Origin: Patescibacteria group bacterium UBA2135
Lineage (GTDB): Bacteria; Patescibacteriota; Minisyncoccia; Phycocordibacterales; UBA2135
Reading direction: 5' to 3'
DNA length: 54,880 nt
NCBI GenBank assembly: GCA_002327685.1
Contig: DCXN01000001.1
Coordinates: forward strand, 12,170-67,049
The notes beneath the pieces are model-generated. The model saw nothing but the letters and a program-made list of their open reading frames with translations, made no database searches and had not been told where the DNA came from. The translations under genes and the position numbers were made by a program. Below are positions 8,488 through 17,527 of the stretch, piece by piece; position 1 is the first letter of the stretch; the number at the start of each line of letters is the position of its first letter.

Positions 8488-10698
8488 TTACTTCTTCAAC
8501 TTATGCGGATTATGATTTGAGCACGCCTTATTAGAGCATCGTTCAGGTATTGTTTTTGTTCCGAGCATCATAAGCGAGTTACATTCTGGACATGTTTTTC
8601 CTGTTGGTTTTGCTTTGATCGCAAATTTACATGTTGGGTATTCTGAACAGCTATAAAATTCACCAAAACGGCCGCGTCTAGCAGTTAGGAAACCTTTTCC
8701 ACATTCGGGGCATTTCACATCAGTTTGGTTTTTCTTTTCTTCTTCGGGATCTCCTTTAATAAATTTACATTTTGGATAATTATTACAACCAATAAATTTT
8801 CCAAATCGCCCTTCTCTTTCAATGAGTTTTCCATTTTTACACTTTGTGCATGCTTCACCTGTTTCTTTTGGCCCCGCTAGTTCTTTTCCTTCGATGGTTC
8901 GTGCTCCACTGCAATCTGGAAAATTTCCGCAACTCATAAATTTTCCTGTTTTACTTAATTTAATAACCATTGCTTTGCCGCATTTCGGACAAGGAAATTC
9001 TTTTGGTGCCGCGCCGAGGTCAGTTATTTTTTCAATGCTCTCTTTTGATTTTACGTCTTTAGAAAATGGTGTATAAAAATCAGATAATGTTTTTTGATAT
9101 TCACGCTTGCCGTCGGCAATTTCGTCTAGCTCATTTTCCATCTCTGCCGTAAAAGTGTCGCTGATATATTTGGTAAAATTTTCCTCCAAAAAATCGCTTA
9201 CCACTTCACCGGTATCCGTAGGGAAAAGTGTTCGCCCATCTTTTGTGACATAACCACGGTCAATAATCGTTTTTATAATACTTGCATATGTTGAAGGTCG
9301 CCCAATGCCGCGTTTTTCAAGTTCTTTAATAAGTCCTGCTTCAGTATATCGTCCTGGTGGCTGTGTTTGTTTTTGCTCGTCCTCTATCTTGATAAGAGTA
9401 ACTTGCTCTTTTTCTTTTACGCTTGGAAGCTCAACCGTTTCTCCGCGAGCGGAAGTGTCGGCGGCAAGCCATCCGTCAAAAATTGTTTGTGAACCGTGCG
9501 CGGCAAAATCAGGAATTACCCCGTTGTCTATTTCTACTGTGATTTTTGTTTTCAAGAGTTGCGCGTCTGCCATTTGAGAAGAAATAAACCGCCTCCATAT
9601 CAGACCGTAGAGCCTCTCTTGCTCGTCTGTTGCTCCAGCACTTTCTTTTGATGCGTTTGTTGGACGGACAGCTTCGTGCGCCTCTTGCGCGGCTTTACTC
9701 TTTGTCTTGTATACATGCGCGTCAGCATATTTTTCTCCATATTTTTCTTTAATAACTGCAAGCGCTTGTTTTTGCGCAACAGGACTTATCGTCGTGCTGT
9801 CCGTTCGCATATAAGTAATGTGTCCTGCTTCATAAAGGCGTTGCGCGGTGCGCATCGTGCGTGATGGCGCAAAACCGAGTTGAGAGCTTGCCGCTTGCTG
9901 GAGAGTGGAAGTGGTAAATGGCGCGCGTGAGGTACGTTTCATCTGTGTTTCTTTTACTTCTTTTATAGTCCATGTGCCTTTTTCTCCGTCTGACAGAATT
10001 TGTTCAACTTCTTTTTTCTCACGTGGCTCCTTTACGCAAGTCAAAATTAACTCTTCCGCATTAGTCTGCGTGGAGTCCGCGTCAACCCGCGTATTAGCGG
10101 TGATAACCCAATAGTCTTCTGATTTAAATGCGCGCACCTCGCGCTCTTTCTCCATTAATATACGAAGAGCAGGTGATTGCACACGTCCCGCAGAGAGACC
10201 GTATCTAACTTTTTTCCATATAAGTCCTGAAAGATCATATCCCACAAGGCGGTCAAGCACGCGGCGCGCCTCCTGTGCTTTTCGTAAATTTTGGTCAATG
10301 TCGCGTGGATGCTCCATTGCTTCCTGCACCGCCGGTTTCGTAATTTCATGAAAAACAATCCGCTTAACTTTTAACTTTTCACTTTTAGTTTTTAGCTTGT
10401 CCAACTCGCAGGCTTGGGCAACATGCCATGCGATTGCTTCACCTTCACGGTCTGGGTCAGTTGCAAGAACCACTTCATCTGCTTTTTTGCAGAGTTTTTT
10501 TAATTCTTGCACCACTTTTTCTTTACCTGGAACAACCTCATAATGAGGAATAAACCCACCCTCTATATCTATTGCATCTTTACTGCTTTTTGGTATATCA
10601 CGAATATGCCCGACAGATGATGTGACGGTGTATTTGTTATCTAAATATTTAGATATTGTTTTCGCTTTGGCGGGGGATTCTACGATTAGAAGTTTCAT
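8488..10698 (-). CDS. topA: DNA topoisomerase I
   Basis: TOPRIM N-terminus LIVESPAKAKTI, catalytic region ITYMRTDS, four C-terminal C4 zinc ribbons. Confidence 0.95.
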   Translation of the reverse strand: MKLLIVESPAKAKTISKYLDNKYTVTSSVGHIRDIPKSSKDAIDIEGGFIPHYEVVPGKEKVVQELKKLCKKADEVVLATDPDREGEAIAWHVAQACELDKLKTKSEKLKVKRIVFHEITKPAVQEAMEHPRDIDQNLRKAQEARRVLDRLVGYDLSGLIWKKVRYGLSAGRVQSPALRILMEKEREVRAFKSEDYWVITANTRVDADSTQTNAEELILTCVKEPREKKEVEQILSDGEKGTWTIKEVKETQMKRTSRAPFTTSTLQQAASSQLGFAPSRTMRTAQRLYEAGHITYMRTDSTTISPVAQKQALAVIKEKYGEKYADAHVYKTKSKAAQEAHEAVRPTNASKESAGATDEQERLYGLIWRRFISSQMADAQLLKTKITVEIDNGVIPDFAAHGSQTIFDGWLAADTSARGETVELPSVKEKEQVTLIKIEDEQKQTQPPGRYTEAGLIKELEKRGIGRPSTYASIIKTIIDRGYVTKDGRTLFPTDTGEVVSDFLEENFTKYISDTFTAEMENELDEIADGKREYQKTLSDFYTPFSKDVKSKESIEKITDLGAAPKEFPCPKCGKAMVIKLSKTGKFMSCGNFPDCSGARTIEGKELAGPKETGEACTKCKNGKLIEREGRFGKFIGCNNYPKCKFIKGDPEEEKKNQTDVKCPECGKGFLTARRGRFGEFYSCSEYPTCKFAIKAKPTGKTCPECNSLMMLGTKTIPERCSNKACSNHNPHKLKK

Positions 10699-10795
10699 AT
10701 TTGTATAGTTGACTACTTTAATACTATTCTATCCTTTTTGTCAAGAAAAAGGAAAACCGCATGGCAGAGCCAAGCGGTCTTAGGTCAATAAGGCA

Positions 10796-10822
10796 AATGT
10801 CCGACATCAGATGTCGGACATT
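10796..10822. repeat. short perfect hairpin overlapping the dprA stop
   Basis: aatgtccgacat-cag-atgtcggacatt. Shares the TGTCGGA/TCCGACA word with the ACATTCC family. Confidence 0.8.
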
Positions 10823-11702
10823 AAATGTTCACTCGCATCTCGCCGTGGGTTTCAATGATAAGACCTTTTATCTCCATCGCTGATAAAATAATATTTACAT
10901 TATGTGTTGGTATATCTAATTTCTGCATCAATTCTTCTTTCGTCGTTGGCTCATGTAGTAATTTAAGAATTTGTTTTTCCTCATTGGAGCATTCATCAAA
11001 AACTTTCGACTTTCGACTTTCTACTTTCAACTCTCTATTTAGATTCCAGTGTTCAAGAATGTCTGCACCACATGTTACTGGTATTGCGCCCAATTTTAGC
11101 AATTGGTGCGCTCCGCGCGATTGTGGAGAAAAAATTGAACCTGGTATCACAAATACATCGCGATTATATTCCGTAGCAAGACGCGCGGTAATGAGAGTGC
11201 CAGAGCGTTCTCCTGCTTCAATCACCAAAATACCTCGTGACATTCCTGCCATAATCCGATTTCTTTGTGGAAACGAATAGGGTGTCGCCCTAAAATCTGG
11301 TTCAAATTCTGACAAAAGCGCACCGCCTTCTGAAACAATTTTATTAGCCAATCCGTGATTGCTTGCCGGATACAACACAGATGAGTTAAGACCGGAGCCG
11401 GGGATAGCGATAGTCTTTAATCCTGATTCAAGCGCCGCGCGGTGCGCAATTGCGTCAATACCAAGCGCAAGGCCGGAGATAATGACAATGGGACATTTGA
11501 TATTTAACCTGCCTAAGTCGGAGATGATTTTTTCGCACACCTCTTTTCCGTATGAAGTGTATTTTCGTGAGCCGACCACTGTGAGAAAAATTGCATCTGT
11601 ATTTGGTAACGTTCCCTTTATGTATAGCTTCTTGGGAGCATTAGGAGTTTCAAGTAGTTGAGGAAAGTATTTTTCTATGTCTATAGTTTTTATTTCGTCC
11701 AT
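10821..11702 (-). CDS. dprA: DNA processing protein DprA/Smf
   Basis: VVGSRKYTSYG, GLALGIDAIAHRAAL, and a C-terminal winged-helix tail. Confidence 0.9.
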   Translation of the reverse strand: MDEIKTIDIEKYFPQLLETPNAPKKLYIKGTLPNTDAIFLTVVGSRKYTSYGKEVCEKIISDLGRLNIKCPIVIISGLALGIDAIAHRAALESGLKTIAIPGSGLNSSVLYPASNHGLANKIVSEGGALLSEFEPDFRATPYSFPQRNRIMAGMSRGILVIEAGERSGTLITARLATEYNRDVFVIPGSIFSPQSRGAHQLLKLGAIPVTCGADILEHWNLNRELKVESRKSKVFDECSNEEKQILKLLHEPTTKEELMQKLDIPTHNVNIILSAMEIKGLIIETHGEMRVNI

Positions 11703-11887
11703 ATATTTGTATACTATATACTATATGTATAAAATCAGAAATTATGAATTAGGAATCAAGAAATTGCTTAGTCTAAATTTTCAACACCTAACATCTGTAA
11801 TCCTAAATCACTCCCGCCGGAGGCGGGATGATTGGGCAGACGAATTTCACGAAGTGAAATTGTGTCTTAGCCTAAAACCTAATAATC

Positions 11888-13165
11888 ATGCTTGACATAA
11901 AATTCATTCGTGAGCATCTTGATTTGGTTAAAGATGCCGCGCGCAAAAAACACGTTGACGTTGATATAGACGGGCTTGTTCGGCTTGATCACAAGCGAAC
12001 GGCAACATTACAGGAAGTTGAAAAAATGCGCGCAGAACAAAATGAATCCTCAAAGAAAATTTCGGAAACCTCAGATGAAAGTGAACGAGAAGAAAAGATT
12101 CAACAAATGCGTGCTCTCAAGACGTTTTTGCAGAAAAAAGAGCAGGAGCTTGAAACCGTCATGCAAAAGTGGCGTCCGTTAATGCTTCAGGTGCCAAATA
12201 TTCCTGATATGTCTGTTCCGGAAGGGGAAAGTGATGCAGACAACAAGGAAGCGAAAACATGGGGAAAGATTCCGGAATTCTCTTTTGAGCCAAAAAATCA
12301 CGTTGAGCTTATGAAAAGTCTCAATATGGTTGATTTTGAACGTGGAACAAAAGTTGCCGGTTTTCGTGGGTACTTTCTCAAAAACGACGCAGTTACCCTC
12401 TCCTTGGCGCTTTGGAGGTTTGTCTTTGATTGCTTCAACAACTCTGGATATGAACCGTTAATGGCTCCGTCTCTTGTGCGTGGAGAGAATTTATACGGTA
12501 CCGGACATCTTCCGCATGGAGTGGATGATATATATAAAACACAAGACGATTTATATCTCTCAGCGACCGCTGAAATTCCGCTTATGGGCATGTATGCGAA
12601 TGAAGTCTTTGATGAGAAAGACTTGCCGAAGAAATTTTTGGCATTTTCTCCATGTTTCCGTAGAGAGGCAGGGGCACACGGAAAAGATACAACGGGAATT
12701 TATCGCGTTCACGAATTTTTCAAAGTTGAACAATTTATCTTTGGTAGTGCTGATCATCAAGACACTGTAGTGCTTCATGAAGAACTTACAAAAAACGCTG
12801 AAGAAGTACTCCAAAAACTTGAAATCCCGTATCGTGTTGTCATTAATTGTGGTGGAGATCTAGGTCGCGCGCACGTTAAAACACACGACATTGAAGCGTG
12901 GATTCCATCCGAGAATCGTTATGGCGAATCTCACTCTTCTTCTTATTACCACGATTTTCAAACTCGAAGACTTAATATTCGCTATAGAGATAAAGATGGA
13001 TCACTTCGATTCGTATATTCGCTTAACAATACCGCCCTTGCGACACCGCGCATACTTATCTCCATTATCGAAAACAATCAACAGGAAGACGGTTCCATAA
13101 AAATCCCACGCGTTCTCCAGGGATTTATGGAGAAGGAGGTTATAAGAACGACATTTGACAATTGA
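11888..13165 (+). CDS. serS: seryl-tRNA synthetase
   Basis: N-terminal coiled coil; class II motifs FRREAG and GSALATPR-like NNTALATPR. Confidence 0.95.
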   Translation: MLDIKFIREHLDLVKDAARKKHVDVDIDGLVRLDHKRTATLQEVEKMRAEQNESSKKISETSDESEREEKIQQMRALKTFLQKKEQELETVMQKWRPLMLQVPNIPDMSVPEGESDADNKEAKTWGKIPEFSFEPKNHVELMKSLNMVDFERGTKVAGFRGYFLKNDAVTLSLALWRFVFDCFNNSGYEPLMAPSLVRGENLYGTGHLPHGVDDIYKTQDDLYLSATAEIPLMGMYANEVFDEKDLPKKFLAFSPCFRREAGAHGKDTTGIYRVHEFFKVEQFIFGSADHQDTVVLHEELTKNAEEVLQKLEIPYRVVINCGGDLGRAHVKTHDIEAWIPSENRYGESHSSSYYHDFQTRRLNIRYRDKDGSLRFVYSLNNTALATPRILISIIENNQQEDGSIKIPRVLQGFMEKEVIRTTFDN

Positions 13166-13251
13166 CATCTAACATTTAACCAATGTATCTTTGGTGCAAA
13201 TGTTGCGCGTAGCGCTTGTCAAAGGTCAAAGGTTAAATGTTAAATGTCAAT
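13161..13251. repeat. inverted repeat of CATTTAAC/GTCAAA words
   Basis: attgacatctaacatttaacc (13161-13181) versus ggttaaatgttaaatgtcaat (13231-13251), 20/21 complementary. It overlaps the serS stop and the predicted start of the next ORF. Confidence 0.8.
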
Positions 13252-14104
13252 ATTGAAACGTGCTTTGTCTCCGCGGAGGCGGGCTTTAAAATCATCGCGA
13301 AGCGCTCAAAGAAAAAGAAAACAATTCGCAATGCGCGCATGCGTTCTTTGCGCGCTGATTCTTGGGGTGTTCACCGGTCTAGCGTGGCTGTCGTGGCTGT
13401 CGGATTTTACTATAGAACGTATTGAGGTTGTTGGTAATACTACAGTTCCAGAAGAAGATGTGCGCGCATATATTGGAAAACGTCTCACTGGAGGATATTT
13501 AAGTGTCTTTTCTCGCGCAAACGTCTTACTTTTTCAGCCGCGTGTTGTAGAAACGGAACTCTTGGAGAGATTCAAAAAAATAAAAGATATTAATGTGTCA
13601 CGTGACAGCTTGCACTCTATCGTCGTTGAAATTGATGAACGCAAGCCGTACTATCTTTGGTGTATTGCTCCTGTCTCGCCAGATACTCGTGAGACATGTT
13701 TCTTTCTTGATATTAATGGATTAGCATTTGCACCCGCACCGTATTTTTCTGGGCATGTATATTTTGAATTTCACAAACAACTTGGTGATGCCGTGGATCC
13801 TGTTGGTATGCACTTTATGCCGGAGGAAGAATTCAAACGCATCATCAGCTTTCGTAATTCCATGCGGGCGTTTGAATTAGAGCCGCATGCGCTTATTGTT
13901 GATGAACGTGGAGATTATCTATTTCTTTTACCTAGTGGAGCAAAGATGATATTCAATACGGAGCAGGATTTTGACTTACTCTTTAGTAACTTACTTGCCA
14001 CGTTTGACACAGAACAGTTTAAGGGAAGAAAAAGTGTTGAACATACTTCTCTTGAGTACATTGACTTGCGATTCAAGAATAAGGTGTATTATAGGTTTAA
14101 ATGA
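13244..14104 (+). CDS. FtsQ/DivIB-like cell division protein (TM + POTRA)
   Basis: N-terminal TM helix, then a POTRA-like IERIEVVGNTTVPEEDVRAYI. Confidence 0.7.
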   Translation: MSILKRALSPRRRALKSSRSAQRKRKQFAMRACVLCALILGVFTGLAWLSWLSDFTIERIEVVGNTTVPEEDVRAYIGKRLTGGYLSVFSRANVLLFQPRVVETELLERFKKIKDINVSRDSLHSIVVEIDERKPYYLWCIAPVSPDTRETCFFLDINGLAFAPAPYFSGHVYFEFHKQLGDAVDPVGMHFMPEEEFKRIISFRNSMRAFELEPHALIVDERGDYLFLLPSGAKMIFNTEQDFDLLFSNLLATFDTEQFKGRKSVEHTSLEYIDLRFKNKVYYRFK

Positions 14105-14105
14105 T

Positions 14106-14230
14106 TAGGACTTACACACTTGGCACATTTCATCGTCAGCTTCGTCGTAGAAACGTTCACTGTACCAATACGTACAGCTTACATTTCTACTCCTCGCTTC
14201 CTTGAACTGCACTCAAGTGCGTAAGTCCTA
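14106..14230. repeat. TIR-bounded element, short copy (TTAGGACTT scaffold)
   Basis: taggacttacacacttg (14106-14122) / caagtgcgtaagtccta (14214-14230), 16/17 complementary. Inner hairpin gtagaaa..ctgtac-caata-gtacag..tttctac. The backbone is shared with 39916-40233. Confidence 0.9.
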
Positions 14231-15327
14231 TGTCAAATGTTTCTTATATGAACTTAGGGTTTTGGGGAAAATTAAAAAAACCGATTATGGCGCTTGCGCC
14301 GATGGCAGACGTAACCGATGCTGCATTTCGGCGGATTATCGCGCGATGTGGCAAACCAAATGTGATGTGGACTGAATTCGTTTCCGCGGATGGTCTTATT
14401 CGCGCGGATAAAGTTGGGCAAGAGAAACTCATGAAAGGTTTGTTGTATAGCGAATCAGAACGACCAATCGTCGCACAGTTTTTTAGTGCAAAACCGGAGA
14501 TGATAAAGCGCGCCGCGAAACTTGCGCAAGAATTGCGATTTGATGGTGTAGATATTAACATGGGATGTCCCGACAGAAGTGTCGAAAAGCAAGGAGCAGG
14601 CGCGGCGCTTATGAAAAATCCTAAATTGGCGCGCGAACTTATTGTCGCGACGCGCGAAGGCGCGCCGCGACTCCCCATCTCGGTAAAAACTCGCATCGGA
14701 TACAATAAAAATGAAATTGAAACATGGATTCCAGAACTTCTTAAAGAAGACCTGGCGGCTATTACTGTTCATCTACGTACTAGAAAAGAAATGTCAAAAG
14801 TACCAGCGCGCTGGGATTTGGCGCGACGCGTAGTTGAAATACGAGACGAAGCAAAAAGTACTACGCTTGTCTTAGGGAATGGAGATGTGCAGGACATGTC
14901 TCACGCGCGGAAATTAGCGCATGAAACAGGCGTGGACGGCATCATGCTCGGCAGGGCAATTTTTGGCAATCCATTTCTATTCTCAAATTCTCCCCGAATA
15001 GTATCTCGCCTGCGGCGGGAACTATGGGGCAAGCAAGAATTTGAGAATAAAAATGGAGATGATTTTGTACGGAAAAAATTAGAAATCATGCTTGAACACA
15101 CGAAATTATTTGAGGAGCTGCTTGGAGGGGATAACCCCATTAGAACTCGCGGGCGTGAAACATGTCCTATTTCTAACGGTGTAAAAAATTTCTCGGTAAT
15201 GAAGAAACATTACAAAGCGTATGCAAACGGCTTTGACGGCGCAAAAGAATTACGCACAAAACTTATGGAAACAAAAAATGCAAAAGAGGTTGAGAATATC
15301 GTAAATGATTTTTTAGAAACTATCTAA
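14230..15327 (+). CDS. tRNA-dihydrouridine synthase
   Basis: LAPMADVTDAAFRRI and INMGCPDRSVEKQGAGAALM (catalytic Cys). Start may instead be Met7 at 14248. Confidence 0.9.
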   Translation: MSNVSYMNLGFWGKLKKPIMALAPMADVTDAAFRRIIARCGKPNVMWTEFVSADGLIRADKVGQEKLMKGLLYSESERPIVAQFFSAKPEMIKRAAKLAQELRFDGVDINMGCPDRSVEKQGAGAALMKNPKLARELIVATREGAPRLPISVKTRIGYNKNEIETWIPELLKEDLAAITVHLRTRKEMSKVPARWDLARRVVEIRDEAKSTTLVLGNGDVQDMSHARKLAHETGVDGIMLGRAIFGNPFLFSNSPRIVSRLRRELWGKQEFENKNGDDFVRKKLEIMLEHTKLFEELLGGDNPIRTRGRETCPISNGVKNFSVMKKHYKAYANGFDGAKELRTKLMETKNAKEVENIVNDFLETI

Positions 15328-15337
15328 AGGTAGCTTC

Positions 15338-15748
15338 TTAATATTCATTCACTAACTTAACAATAAACTGTGCCATTTCTTCGGGCGGTACTGGACCAAG
15401 GGTTAGTGTTTTTACACCATATGCCTGAAGAATCCGCATCTCTTCTCCTTCAATGCGATCTCCAATATAGACCATCTTGAGATTTTCAAGCTCTGGAATT
15501 TTACGTACCTCTGTAACAAAATCCTCAACTCGCTCCCAATACTTCGGGACATAAAACAAGATCACGCGCGGCATTTCAACCTTAGTCTGTTCAAGCGCTT
15601 CTTGAAAATTTTCTATAACAGACACAACAATACCCTCATGCTCAAGGACCTTCTTTAACGTTCTTGAACCTATTGGATTTCCAACGATTAACGCTTTTTC
15701 TGATGAGTTCATATCTTCTAGTATACCGTACATAATAAATAATCGCAC
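15338..15748 (-). CDS. receiver (CheY-like) fold protein lacking phospho-acceptor residues
   Basis: Has the beta-alpha pattern ALIVGNP...EALE...RVILFYV...MVYIGD...LGPVP. The acidic pair, phospho-Asp, Thr/Ser and Lys positions read GN, F, G and G. Start is ambiguous: 15748 GTG, 15733 or 15712 ATG. Confidence 0.55.
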   Translation of the reverse strand: MRLFIMYGILEDMNSSEKALIVGNPIGSRTLKKVLEHEGIVVSVIENFQEALEQTKVEMPRVILFYVPKYWERVEDFVTEVRKIPELENLKMVYIGDRIEGEEMRILQAYGVKTLTLGPVPPEEMAQFIVKLVNEY

Positions 15749-15765
15749 TAATAGGGTATATTACT

Positions 15766-15794
15766 AAAAAAAGCAGGACGATGTCCTGCTTTTT
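15766..15794. terminator. bidirectional terminator after the GcrA-like gene
   Basis: aaaaaaagcaggac-gat-gtcctgcttttt. Confidence 0.8.
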
Positions 15795-15800
15795 GATTAA

Positions 15801-16307
15801 TTATTTGAACCATGGTTCTTCGGTGATAGATTCAGATTCAAATTCGTCTATTATAGCCCCAAAATCTTTTGCTGTCACAAAATCATTAGGGGCATGAAAT
15901 ACATGACACTCATAATTTCCATCTTCTGTTTCTTGCTTCGCGATGCAAGGGCTACATATTTGATTATTTCTAATATGTTGACTGTGAAAATTTTTTCTAC
16001 AGGTAATACACTTTCGTGTTCCTGCAAGAGGATGTTCGTCCTGTTGCTTCGTTTGTCTTTTCGCTGGTTTTTTGCGTTTTTTCACTCCATCTTCGTCAAG
16101 ACAGGCTAGGCGTCGCATGTAACTTAGTTTATTTCTTACTACCAGCTCTGGTACGCCGTGTCTTCTTGCCATTTCTCTGCAATTAACACCATTCTCCCAG
16201 TCACCAGCAAGGCTAACCATCTTGTCATGTGACCATTTCTTGGTGGATTGCATTCCGTCAATAGCCGAAAGTGGTATAGAAGGTCGTCGTTTGTGGGTAC
16301 GCTCCAT
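15801..16307 (-). CDS. GcrA-like HTH protein with C-terminal CxxC..CxxC zinc ribbon
   Basis: WSHDKMVSLAGDWENGVNCREMARRHGV matches my recalled spacing of the GcrA N-terminus: W-x7-L-x3-W-x2-G-x-[SN]-x2-[QE]-[IM]-A-[KR]-x2-G. A basic linker and CITC...CSPC follow. Confidence 0.5.
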   Translation of the reverse strand: MERTHKRRPSIPLSAIDGMQSTKKWSHDKMVSLAGDWENGVNCREMARRHGVPELVVRNKLSYMRRLACLDEDGVKKRKKPAKRQTKQQDEHPLAGTRKCITCRKNFHSQHIRNNQICSPCIAKQETEDGNYECHVFHAPNDFVTAKDFGAIIDEFESESITEEPWFK

Positions 16308-16413
16308 TTTTATACCCCGCTAGTAAGGAACTCTATTTTTCACATTACATTAAAAAGGCCAAATGTCAAATGTTAAAGGTCAAATGTTTTTTAAGTATGC
16401 TACAATTGCAGAT

Positions 16414-17460
16414 ATGGCAAATGGTACAGCATTCTACAGAAAGTATCGCCCGCAGGGTTTTGATGAAATTCTGGGACAGGAGCATATTGTAGATGTTCTC
16501 AAAGAAGCGGCGAAAGGCGGCAATATCACGCATGCTTATCTTTTCTTTGGTTCGCGTGGTACGGGCAAAACTTCTGTTGCGAGGATTTTGGCACGAGAGA
16601 TTGGATGCGAACCAGAGGATCTTTATGAAATTGATGCCGCTTCAAACCGCGGCATTGATGATGCGCGCGAGCTTCGCGAGGGAGTAAAATCTTTGCCATT
16701 CAAATCATCTCGCAAAGTGTACATTATTGATGAAGTGCACATGCTCACCAAGGAGGCATTCAACGCGCTACTGAAAACGTTAGAAGAACCGCCCCAGCAT
16801 GTGATTTTCATACTTGCGACGACAGAAGTCGGAAAGATACCAGACACAATTGTCTCGCGTTGTCAGACATTTACGTTTAAAAAACCTACACAGACACTGT
16901 TGAAACAATCAGTACTTCACATTGCCAAAGAAGAAGGATACGAACTCGGGCCGTCCGCGGCTGACTTAATAGCTGTCTTGGGAGACGGATCATTTCGTGA
17001 CACACAAGGAGTATTACAACTTGTCTTGAGTGCCGCGAAGTCTAAAAAAATCGATCGTGAATTTGTTGAAAAAATTACTAGTGCGCCGCCGGCGATACTA
17101 GTTAATGATCTTGTGTCAGCTGTTGCGGAAAAGGATTTAGAGAAAGCGCTTGGGACGGTCAGAAAAGCCGTTGAAACAAATGTTGACTTTACGCTTTTTT
17201 TGAAATTGGTGCTTGAAAAAGTGAGATTGGTATTGTTGATGCGTTTTGATTCTGAGACAAAGAAGAGTATCAAAGAAGAATTTTCAGAAGATGATGTAGA
17301 ATTTCTGGAAGAACTTTCTGGTAAAAAAGGTGAGAATGTTAACTCCGCCTTACTTTCAGAGCTTTTAACTGCGTACACAAAAACTTCTTTTGCGTACATA
17401 AAACAGCTTCCGCTTGAGCTTGCGCTCATTAAAATTTTAGAAAAAGAAAAAACTCCTTAA
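16414..17460 (+). CDS. dnaX: DNA polymerase III subunit gamma/tau (short form)
   Basis: FYRKYRPQGFDEILGQ, Walker A GSRGTGKTS, DEVHML, SRCQ. Met at 16414 fits the family N-terminus; the track ORF begins at 16363 inside a repeat. Confidence 0.9.
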   Translation: MANGTAFYRKYRPQGFDEILGQEHIVDVLKEAAKGGNITHAYLFFGSRGTGKTSVARILAREIGCEPEDLYEIDAASNRGIDDARELREGVKSLPFKSSRKVYIIDEVHMLTKEAFNALLKTLEEPPQHVIFILATTEVGKIPDTIVSRCQTFTFKKPTQTLLKQSVLHIAKEEGYELGPSAADLIAVLGDGSFRDTQGVLQLVLSAAKSKKIDREFVEKITSAPPAILVNDLVSAVAEKDLEKALGTVRKAVETNVDFTLFLKLVLEKVRLVLLMRFDSETKKSIKEEFSEDDVEFLEELSGKKGENVNSALLSELLTAYTKTSFAYIKQLPLELALIKILEKEKTP

Positions 17461-17462
17461 AT

Positions 17463-17510
17463 TCATCACGACATTCCAATATCCGCAAGAATGTCGGAAT
17501 GTCGTGATGA
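17463..17510. repeat. ACATTCC-family hairpin
   Basis: tcatcacgacattcc...ggaatgtcgtgatga (15-bp perfect outer stem, GCAA loop), 3 nt after the dnaX stop. Confidence 0.9.
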
Positions 17511-17527
17511 AGTTTGTGTAGTGTGAT

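Noticed and set aside
11703-11887. T-box riboswitch upstream of serS.
   Set aside because: No T-box consensus (..GGTGGTACCGCG..) or specifier-loop architecture is visible, only short generic hairpins.
13596-13607. TGTCACGTGACA palindrome as a parS site.
   Set aside because: It matches only 12/16 of the parS consensus, is located inside a coding region, and has no second copy in the window. I kept it only as a low-priority test under the ParB finding.
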